Counted from the first letter of the stretch, positions 1 through 5,510 are shown. The stretch is 19,193 bases of DNA from a virus (IMGVR_UViG_3300043119_000318); one strand, 5' to 3'. Program-made: numbers and translations. The notes: generated by a model from the sequence alone, not told the origin.

Positions 1-72
1 AGCGGGTGTTGGATTCGAACCAACGATGCTCCTGGCTTATGAGACCGGAGTAGTGACCAGACCTTACCCGCA
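1..72 (-). tRNA. tRNA-Met(CAT), initiator-like; 3' end runs off the window
   Basis: CTCATAA anticodon loop, GTTCGAATC T-loop, xGCGGG 5' end with a 1:72 mismatch as in tRNA-fMet; the D-arm is weak and the anticodon stem lacks the full three G-C pairs. Confidence 0.8.
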
Positions 73-80
73 ACATTGAA

Positions 81-248
81 TTTGTAAGTAGCAGCGCCTC
101 TCTCATTCGCTACCATTTCGCCCTGTATACGTTAGGGTTAGAGGTACGTAGTAATAGTTGATACATGTTTGTTACCGTGTTGTCGGACTCGAACCGTAAA
201 CTCACATAGTTTTCGAGGCTATGCTTTCTCAACATCTACACTTACAAA
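81..248 (-). ncRNA. Candidate structured RNA in a tRNA spacer
   Basis: 9-bp closing inverted repeat (81-89/240-248); interior holds a CATAG/CTATG hairpin and a GGTTCGAGTCC T-loop-like hairpin. Confidence 0.45.
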
Positions 249-251
249 ACT

Positions 252-326
252 TGGCGACTCGTGGGAGAATCGAACTCCCATAATCGGATAGACAATCCGA
301 AGTAATAACCTTTATACGAACGAGCC
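252..326 (-). tRNA. tRNA-Asp(GTC)
   Basis: Cloverleaf, TCGGA-TTGTCTA-TCCGA anticodon arm, encoded CCA. Confidence 0.93.
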
Positions 327-333
327 ATAAACT

Positions 334-418
334 TGGTGGAGATTACTGGGATCGAACCAGTCGTGCCCGAGGGCGGCGGATTTACAGTCCACTGCATCAC
401 CATTGATGCTTCATCTCC
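334..418 (-). tRNA. tRNA-Tyr(GTA)
   Basis: GTGGA-CTGTAAA-TCCGC anticodon arm, long variable arm, CCA. Confidence 0.95.
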
Positions 419-430
419 ATTAAATACAAC

Positions 431-495
431 AGGATAGTGTTGTCGACTAAGACAATCCAATTTGAGTAGTCTGTATAATTTGCAGAAACTATCCT
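431..495 (-). ncRNA. tRNA-spacer motif copy A (AGGATNN...NNATCCT with TTWCWGCAAA)
   Basis: AGGATAG/CTATCCT stem followed by TTTCTGCAAA; same layout at 3995-4102 and 4600-4658. Confidence 0.7.
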
Positions 496-503
496 AAAAA
501 CTG

Positions 504-580
504 TGGTCCGAGTAGTAGGATTCGAACCTACGACCTCCTGCTCCCAAAGCAGATGCGCTACCAGACTGCGCTACACTCGG
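504..580 (-). tRNA. tRNA-Pro(TGG)
   Basis: Canonical cloverleaf, TTTGGGA loop, CCA. Confidence 0.96.
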
Positions 581-590
581 ATTGAAAACT

Positions 591-665
591 TGGTGCGTCG
601 TGAAAGAGTCAAACTTTCTTCTCGCCGGTTAAGAGCCGGGACTTCATCATCAAAGTTTACAACGC
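591..665 (-). tRNA. tRNA-Lys(CTT), atypical
   Basis: CTCTTAA loop, GCGTTGT/ACGACGC acceptor, CCA; T-loop is TTTGACT and the D-loop lacks GG. Confidence 0.8.
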
Positions 666-670
666 ATATT

Positions 671-745
671 TGGTGGACCGACGGGGGATCGAACCCCGAC
701 TAAAGGCTTGCAAAGCCCCTGTGCTCCCATTATCACTATCAGCCC
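671..745 (-). tRNA. tRNA-Ala(TGC)
   Basis: TTTGCAA loop, G3:U70 identity pair, A73, CCA. Confidence 0.93.
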
Positions 746-752
746 AAAATTC

Positions 753-828
753 TGGTACTCCGTGGGGGAATCGAACCCCTCGTTTCCGCCTTGAAAGGGC
801 AGCGTCCTAACCGTTAGACGAACAGAGC
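753..828 (-). tRNA. tRNA-Glu(TTC)
   Basis: CTGCC-CTTTCAA-GGCGG arm, CCA. Confidence 0.95.
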
Positions 829-833
829 ATAAC

Positions 834-861
834 GGATGTTTTTGTGTGAGGAAAAACATCC
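834..861 (-). other. 10-bp hairpin just 5' of tRNA-Glu (processing signal or degenerate spacer motif)
   Basis: GGATGTTTTT/AAAAACATCC perfect inverted repeat followed by GTT; no U-tract. Confidence 0.5.
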
Positions 862-915
862 AAACCTTCTTAGTGCCTCAGGCTTCCGACTTTACGTAAA
901 GACTCAGAGAGGGCT

Positions 916-1146
916 TCAGAAATCTTCGCCAGCGTAACCGTAATCTTCATCGGTTCCAAAACCAGCAGAAGCCATTGCAGAATCATGATCACCGTCCATT
1001 GATTCATCATAGCTAGAATCCATCGCATCAGCAATTGCTTCAACATCAGCCAAGCTAACATTAAAGCGATCAGCGATCTCGTCAAAATCATCGCCAAGCT
1101 CAATAGATTCTTGGATGTCAATAACCAGGTTTTTCATCATTCCCAT
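916..1146 (-). CDS. Small, very acidic hypothetical protein (76 aa)
   Basis: AGGAG RBS, directly downstream of the promoter at 1174-1202; 22 D/E residues. Confidence 0.8.
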   Translation of the reverse strand: MGMMKNLVIDIQESIELGDDFDEIADRFNVSLADVEAIADAMDSSYDESMDGDHDSAMASAGFGTDEDYGYAGEDF

Positions 1147-1173
1147 ATAAGCTCCTAATCAACCTAAGCACCT

Positions 1174-1202
1174 ATTTTACTACAGAAGCGAATTAAAGTC
1201 AA
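1174..1202 (-). promoter_or_regulatory. Sigma70-type early promoter
   Basis: TTGACT-17 nt-TAAAAT. Confidence 0.85.
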
Positions 1203-1257
1203 GCACTTCGTAGCAACTAACCAACAACATCAACTTCTTCACTCAACCTAAGCACCT

Positions 1258-1286
1258 ATTTTACTACAGAAGCGAATTAAAGTCAA
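1258..1286 (-). promoter_or_regulatory. Sigma70-type early promoter
   Basis: TTGACT-17 nt-TAAAAT. Confidence 0.85.
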
Positions 1287-1297
1287 GCACTAATTTT

Positions 1298-1375
1298 TGG
1301 AGTACAAGGTGAGATTCGAACTCACGACTTTACGGATTTGCAATCCGTTGCATTTGACCACTCTGCCACTCGTAC
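1298..1375 (-). tRNA. tRNA-Cys(GCA)
   Basis: ACGGA-TTGCAAA-TCCGT arm, U73, CCA. Confidence 0.95.
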
Positions 1376-1386
1376 ATACATTTCTA

Positions 1387-1464
1387 TGGTGGGCTCCCCG
1401 AGAGTCGAACTCGGCACCAACGAATTATGAGTTCGCTGCTCTAACCAACATGAGCTAGAAGCCC
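1387..1464 (-). tRNA. tRNA-Ile2(CAT), lysidine type
   Basis: CTCATAA loop in an ileX-like body with A73; elongator Met is not excluded. Confidence 0.8.
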
Positions 1465-1471
1465 ATCAATC

Positions 1472-1547
1472 TGGTCCGGCGTAAGGGAATCGAACCCCTA
1501 TTCGTGCTTTAGAAGAGCACTGTATTAATCCATTATACGAACGCCAG
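1472..1547 (-). tRNA. tRNA-Arg(TCT)
   Basis: GTGCT-CTTCTAA-AGCAC arm, CCA. Confidence 0.93.
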
Positions 1548-1556
1548 AAAATTCTT

Positions 1557-1640
1557 TGGTGCGAGAGGCGGGACTCGAACCCGCATGCCTTTCGGCGGGA
1601 GATTTTAAGTCTCCTGTGGCTGCCATTACACCACTCTCGC
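1557..1640 (-). tRNA. tRNA-Leu(TAA)
   Basis: GGAGA-CTTAAAA-TCTCC arm, long variable arm, CCA. Confidence 0.95.
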
Positions 1641-1652
1641 TTTCATACAGCT

Positions 1653-1681
1653 ATTATACATGAGACTTGATTTAAAGTCAA
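1653..1681 (-). promoter_or_regulatory. Sigma70-type early promoter inside the tRNA array
   Basis: TTGACT-17 nt-TATAAT. Confidence 0.85.
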
Positions 1682-1690
1682 GCACATCTT

Positions 1691-1767
1691 TGGTGCCCCA
1701 GGTGGGACTCGAACCCACAAAATCTTGATTTTGAGTCAAGCACGTATACCAATTCCGTCACCAGGGC
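1691..1767 (-). tRNA. tRNA-Leu(CAA) with a short variable loop
   Basis: CTTGA-CTCAAAA-TCAAG arm, 5-nt variable loop, CCA. Confidence 0.9.
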
Positions 1768-1772
1768 ATATA

Positions 1773-1864
1773 TGGTACCTCGACCGAGAATCGAACTCGG
1801 ATGAACCAATTATCTGTTGCTTACGGGATATAAATCCGCCGTTTTACCGTTAAACTATCGAGGT
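1773..1864 (-). tRNA. tRNA-Ile(TAT) with a long variable region
   Basis: TTTATAT loop, ACCTCGA/TCGAGGT acceptor, about 22-nt variable region, CCA. Confidence 0.75.
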
Positions 1865-1872
1865 ATACTTCT

Positions 1873-1962
1873 TGGCGGAGAGTAAGCGGATCGAACGCTT
1901 GCACCGATTACTCAGTGGTCTTGGTTTAGCAAACCAGCACATTGCCACTCTGTCAACTCTCC
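1873..1962 (-). tRNA. tRNA-Ser(GCT)
   Basis: TTGCTAA loop, long variable arm, G73, CCA. Confidence 0.94.
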
Positions 1963-2325
1963 ATAAACTTCACTACCATATAACGTAGTTTCTTTTTTAC
2001 CTTCCATAGATTTAACAGGAATATACACAACTTTATTATCGTCTGCCATATATACTGCCCATCCATCGATTAAACTACGATCTATTTCAATTTTTTTAGA
2101 ATTAACTATGGAAAACGCTCCAAGATTGTATGTGTTGCCTTTGTTCTTTTTTACAGTGGCTTGACGATACTTTATCTGAATCCTGAATGTTTTTCCAGTT
2201 TTATCCATCGCTATAACATCCACAGGAGAATGATCATCGAATGCATTAAATACATAATAACCATTGCTCTGTAGATCGTCAATTACTTTAATTAAACCAC
2301 GGACACCCTTTTCGTTAGTATTCAT
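1912..2325 (-). CDS. PD-(D/E)XK endonuclease, I-Ssp6803I/PDDEXK_5-like, free-standing homing endonuclease candidate
   Basis: KGVRG..KVI.DL...GY.VF...DDHSP.DVIA...RIQIK pattern; AAGGAG RBS; late promoter; last 17 codons overlap tRNA-Ser. Confidence 0.75.
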   Translation of the reverse strand: MNTNEKGVRGLIKVIDDLQSNGYYVFNAFDDHSPVDVIAMDKTGKTFRIQIKYRQATVKKNKGNTYNLGAFSIVNSKKIEIDRSLIDGWAVYMADDNKVVYIPVKSMEGKKETTLYGSEVYGELTEWQCAGLLNQDH

Positions 2326-2354
2326 ACTGTTTCTCCTTATAATTAGTATACATC

Positions 2355-2362
2355 TATTTATA
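2355..2362 (-). promoter_or_regulatory. T4-type late promoter
   Basis: TATAAATA about 30 nt upstream of the endonuclease start. Confidence 0.75.
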
Positions 2363-2474
2363 AAAATAACAGTTTACGAAACCGTAATCCTCCTAAATTT
2401 GGCTCCGTCTTACTGAAACGATATCAGTTATTCTAACTCGGGAGAACGGAAGCACCGAGATCATCTTCCAATTC

Positions 2475-3054
2475 TTACATCACTGGACCATTACCGTTCT
2501 TGAAACCCACGGTACCACCCTGTTCTTTGATACGCTTAATTACGTCTTCAAATAAGATAGGGCGAAAATCTGTTTGTTCAACGCAAACACAGAAGTAACG
2601 CGGATCGATAATCTCACCCATTTCCTTGTCGTCAAACATAACACGATTGGTATGTAAGTGACCATGAATGTTAGTACCGAAACGATATAATTGTCTTGGA
2701 TGCAGAGGGATATGAGTTAAAATCATACCGTTCATCACATGACTACCACGAATGTCTCTGAAGTATTGAGTATATTCCTCTAACTTGAAGATGTCATGGT
2801 TACCCTTGATCAGAACCTTGTCACCATTTAACCGGCTCATAATACTTAACGACTTGCGGTTAATGACAACGTCACCTAAGTGATAAACCTTGTCGTTTGG
2901 CTTGACGGTTTCGTTCCATCGCTTGACCATTTCCTCATCCATTTCTTCTGGATCAGTCCACGGTCGAATCTTAGTCACTCCGTCTGCCTCAGTGAATCTG
3001 CATACTCCACTATGCCCGAAAGTGTGTGTCAGATACTAAAAATACTGCTGGCAT
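2475..3054 (-). CDS. Calcineurin-like metallophosphoesterase interrupted by a +1 frameshift near codon 12
   Basis: GGAGG RBS and ATG at 3054 give MPAVFLVSDTHF; removing one T at 3019-3021 continues FGHSGVCRF into the 2475-2978 frame with HLGD, GNHD and HGHLH motifs. Confidence 0.85.
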
Positions 3055-3161
3055 GTGACTTCCTCCTATAATCATTAGCAGAGAATCGATCACCGTTTCT
3101 CCATTTGTTAATCAACGAAAGAACAAGTTCTTGTTCTTCCCATTCATATTCATATGTTTCT

Positions 3162-3190
3162 ATTCTACTACACAATTCATCAAAAGTCAA
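3162..3190 (-). promoter_or_regulatory. Sigma70-type promoter upstream of the phosphoesterase
   Basis: TTGACT-17 nt-TAGAAT. Confidence 0.65.
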
Positions 3191-3216
3191 GACCCATCTG
3201 AAGTATGCGAAGATAC

Positions 3217-3843
3217 TTAATTTATCACTCTACCACGACGCCAACCATCAGGAATTTCGTGTAGTTTATTGATCTTTTTGTTTTCCAAACCATCGGTTAT
3301 CCACATAGTTCCGAACTGCGAATTTTTATCTTTACTATGTTTTTCCAATGCGCTATAGCGCATTTTTTGTTTAGTTTCGTCAGAATGTTTACGCCCAAGA
3401 AACCTTTGATTACCAAGATTAGATTGACTGTTTTTACTTTTAGAATCTTCAGAATGTTTACGTCCGTACATAGGACTATTTGGATATTTTTCTTTCAATC
3501 GCAAAGACATCTTTAAGTAATGGTCAGCAGAATGTGTCGGATTTTCCTTCCAAGCATTTAGATAATCAAACCCACCATATCCACCTAGCTTTAGATTGTA
3601 TGTATTTTCTTCAGCAAGGAATTCATCATTAACAATCTCAGCTTCTTTTGCGTACATAAGTTCTGGAGTATCAAAAACAAAAAGAATTTCTTTGGTAAAA
3701 TTTTCTATACCATGCTTCTCTTGAGAGTATTTAAGATACTTTCCAGAACCCATATAATTGTCATTCAAATCTTTGGTTTTATGTGATCCAATATAGATCT
3801 TACCATTGATTCGATTCGTTATTTTATAAACAGTATAGTACAT
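3217..3843 (-). CDS. GIY-YIG homing endonuclease (Seg-like) with NUMOD3-type repeats
   Basis: YTVYKITN..NGKIYIG and YMGSG motifs; two GRKHS(E/D) repeats; GGAGG RBS. Confidence 0.9.
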   Translation of the reverse strand: MYYTVYKITNRINGKIYIGSHKTKDLNDNYMGSGKYLKYSQEKHGIENFTKEILFVFDTPELMYAKEAEIVNDEFLAEENTYNLKLGGYGGFDYLNAWKENPTHSADHYLKMSLRLKEKYPNSPMYGRKHSEDSKSKNSQSNLGNQRFLGRKHSDETKQKMRYSALEKHSKDKNSQFGTMWITDGLENKKINKLHEIPDGWRRGRVIN

Positions 3844-3861
3844 AGTTTCCTCCTATGTAAC

Positions 3862-3869
3862 TATTTATA
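3862..3869 (-). promoter_or_regulatory. T4-type late promoter
   Basis: TATAAATA upstream of the GIY-YIG gene. Confidence 0.75.
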
Positions 3870-3899
3870 AAAGTTCGAGTCTTGACATCAACTCAAGGG

Positions 3900-3984
3900 A
3901 GGAAGCGGTGAGATTCGAACTCACGGACCCTTTCGAGTCGGCTGCTTTCTAGACAGATACAATAGACCACTCTGCCACGCTTCC
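3900..3984 (-). tRNA. tRNA-Ser(AGA), atypical, no encoded CCA
   Basis: Ser-type body (GGAAGCG/CGCTTCC, long variable arm), CTAGAAA loop; U73 followed by CCC. Confidence 0.7.
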
Positions 3985-3994
3985 ATTGAATAAC

Positions 3995-4102
3995 AGGATA
4001 CTTTCTTCGTCTGCTCTACCGAATGAGCTATTCGCGCTATTGCGTGAAACTGGAGTCGAACCAGTTACCTAACGTTTGAGTTAGTTTTGCTGTAAGTATC
4101 CT
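3995..4102 (-). ncRNA. tRNA-spacer motif copy B enclosing a circularly permuted tRNA
   Basis: AGGATAC/GTATCCT stem plus TTACAGCAAA; tRNA 3' half (4042-4075) lies upstream of the 5' half (4007-4037). Confidence 0.8.
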
Positions 4103-4108
4103 AAAACT

Positions 4109-4194
4109 TGGTGAAGTGAGTAGGGATCGAACCTACCTGCACCGAAGTGCCACTGGGTTACAGCCAGCTAGAACACCATTGTTCCATTCACTCC
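4109..4194 (-). tRNA. tRNA-Tyr(GTA), second copy
   Basis: GCTGG-CTGTAAC-CCAGT arm, long variable arm, CCA. Confidence 0.92.
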
Positions 4195-4200
4195 ATAATT

Positions 4201-4292
4201 TGGCGGAAAGCAGAGGAGTCGAACCCCATCCCATTTCTGAGAACCCAGTTTTCAAGGCTGGTCGCAGGACCAACCCCGCTGCATTACTTTCC
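4201..4292 (-). tRNA. tRNA-Ser(TGA)
   Basis: CTTGAAA loop, long variable arm, G73, CCA. Confidence 0.9.
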
Positions 4293-4299
4293 ATTTGTT

Positions 4300-4376
4300 T
4301 GGTGCGTCCTGAGGAATTCGAATCCCCAACCTCTGAGTTCGTAGCCCAGTGCACTATCCAGTTGTGCTAAAGACGC
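4300..4376 (-). tRNA. tRNA-Arg(ACG)
   Basis: CTGGG-CTACGAA-CTCAG arm, CCA. Confidence 0.93.
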
Positions 4377-4382
4377 GAAATT

Positions 4383-4457
4383 TGGTACCTCGTGACGGGT
4401 TCGAACCGCCGACCTTCTCCTTGTAAGGGAGACACTCTACCGCTGAGTTAACGAGGC
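4383..4457 (-). tRNA. tRNA-Val(TAC)
   Basis: TCTCC-CTTACAA-GGAGA arm, CCA. Confidence 0.95.
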
Positions 4458-4508
4458 ATAGGTGACTGATTACTTATCTCATTGTACGCCATCAGTCAAG
4501 GCGATATT

Positions 4509-4587
4509 TGGCTCCGCATCTGGGTAACGATCCCAGCTAAACATTGATTAACAGTCAAGCCCATGCACCATGCTCGGGTTCTGCGGA
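4509..4587 (-). tRNA. tRNA-Asn(GTT)
   Basis: CTGTTAA loop, U1 and G73, CCA; non-canonical ATCGTTA T-loop. Confidence 0.85.
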
Positions 4588-4599
4588 ATTGAAAATAAC

Positions 4600-4658
4600 A
4601 GGATCAACTTTTTAGTTTCTGGATAAAAGAAAGTTTTTAAGTTTGCTGAAATGATCCT
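4600..4658 (-). ncRNA. tRNA-spacer motif copy C
   Basis: AGGATCA/TGATCCT stem plus TTTCAGCAAA. Confidence 0.7.
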
Positions 4659-4663
4659 AAAAC

Positions 4664-4737
4664 TGGAGCGGGATGCGAGAATCGAACTCGCAACTTCAAC
4701 TTGGAAGGATGACGTTTTACCACTAAACTAATCCCGC
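4664..4737 (-). tRNA. tRNA-Gly(TCC)
   Basis: CTTCCAA loop, U73, CCA. Confidence 0.95.
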
Positions 4738-4744
4738 ATAAATC

Positions 4745-4779
4745 TGGTTCCCAGTAGAGGTAACGATCCTCTGTCTTAC
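4745..4779 (-). pseudogene. Orphan 3' half of a tRNA (partner of 5476-5510)
   Basis: AGAGG-ATCGTTA-CCTCT T-arm, ACTGGGA acceptor strand, ACCA end. Confidence 0.8.
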
Positions 4780-4787
4780 TAATCTAC

Positions 4788-4862
4788 TGGTAGAAGATGT
4801 TGGTAACGATCCAACCTCTGTGCCTTATCAAGACACTGCTAATCCGTCTCAGCTAATCTCCC
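4788..4862 (-). tRNA. tRNA-Ile(GAT)
   Basis: GTGTC-TTGATAA-GGCAC arm, A73, CCA; ATCGTTA T-loop. Confidence 0.88.
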
Positions 4863-5441
4863 AATATATTCTTTAGATAGCTGGTGTTCCAGAAGAACAA
4901 ACAATCTAACAGAGTTTTGCTCAATGACCTTTCTTATCTTTTCTTCGTCATGTTTTGCTTTATAGCTATTCTTTGGGTCAAGCCAGATATCTAAATCTGG
5001 AAGATAAAAATCTGCAAAGTAATTCCTATTATCATATTTCAACGCTTTAGGTCTAATCCATTTTATACCAAGTTCATTTAAAATCTCACTACACCTAAAT
5101 TCATAAGAACTTTGAAGTGTAGTTTCTTTTCCAAACGAGTCAATAACTCGAAACTTCTTCGAGTTACCAGCGTTTTCTCTATAACCACCGAACCCTTGCT
5201 TTTTAGCATTTTCTGATCTTTCTTCGGTAGACCAAGCTGCTGCCCCACCTCTTTTCCAGTTAGATCTGTCATATACTGGCGGCTCAATACACAATGATTT
5301 TGATTTTGTGTATTGATTACTACCCTTCTTACCTAACATTCCATTTTTATATTCCCTGTTTGCATTTTTAGGACACCTTAATTCATGATTTTTATGTGAC
5401 CTTTTGTTGCAATCTTTACTACAGTATTTACAAATAAACAT
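4839..5441 (-). CDS. Putative homing endonuclease: N-terminal Zn finger plus PD-(D/E)XK (TnsA-N/Vsr-like) domain
   Basis: CKYC..HELRC zinc motif; LQSSYE and YFADFYLPDLDIWLDPKN motifs; GGAGG RBS; stop codon lies inside tRNA-Ile. Confidence 0.75.
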   Translation of the reverse strand: MFICKYCSKDCNKRSHKNHELRCPKNANREYKNGMLGKKGSNQYTKSKSLCIEPPVYDRSNWKRGGAAAWSTEERSENAKKQGFGGYRENAGNSKKFRVIDSFGKETTLQSSYEFRCSEILNELGIKWIRPKALKYDNRNYFADFYLPDLDIWLDPKNSYKAKHDEEKIRKVIEQNSVRLFVLLEHQLSKEYIGRLAETD

Positions 5442-5460
5442 AGTTGTTTCCTCCTATATC

Positions 5461-5468
5461 TATTTATA
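5461..5468 (-). promoter_or_regulatory. T4-type late promoter
   Basis: TATAAATA 20 nt upstream of the endonuclease start. Confidence 0.75.
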
Positions 5469-5475
5469 AAAATAA

Positions 5476-5510
5476 ATCAGTCGTATGCTCTACCTTTGAG
5501 CTAACCGGGA
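5476..5510 (-). pseudogene. Orphan 5' half of tRNA-Ile(GAT), ending at the anticodon
   Basis: TCCCGGT-TA-GCTC-AAAGGTA-GAGC-A-TACGA-CT-GAT; the acceptor strand pairs 7/7 with 4745-4779. Confidence 0.8.

Larger units (their letters stand above)
1159..1291 (-). repeat. Two identical 49-bp direct repeats, each carrying a promoter
   Basis: Identical copies at 1159-1207 and 1243-1291, 84 bp apart. Confidence 0.95.

Noticed and set aside
862-915. Hammerhead-like ribozyme upstream of tRNA-Glu
   Set aside because: The palindromic hairpin and CTGAG are present, but the CUGANGA/GAAA core cannot be assembled.
1159-1291. CRISPR-like repeat-spacer array
   Set aside because: Only two 49-bp copies, each fully explained as a promoter; no cas genes and no further spacers.
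3030-3216. Start-less frame LTFDELCSRIETYEYEWEEQELVLSLINKW, a possible remnant of an HNH-type gene
   Set aside because: No start codon or RBS, it overlaps a promoter, and the resemblance is too weak to support without a search.
3940-3960. Amber suppressor (CTA) reading of the atypical Ser tRNA, implying a recoded genome
   Set aside because: The CTA register gives no anticodon stem whereas the AGA register does; genes here end normally at TAG, TGA and TAA.
3995-4102. Two-piece tmRNA
   Set aside because: It has a full D-stem and no room for a tag reading frame or pseudoknots.
4201-4292. Selenocysteine tRNA
   Set aside because: The anticodon is TGA (Ser), not TCA, and the acceptor stem is the standard 7 bp.
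4780-5475. Group I intron in the split tRNA-Ile anticodon loop
   Set aside because: The ORF and the complete tRNA fill almost all of the insert, leaving too little sequence for a catalytic core; no P7-like motifs are visible.
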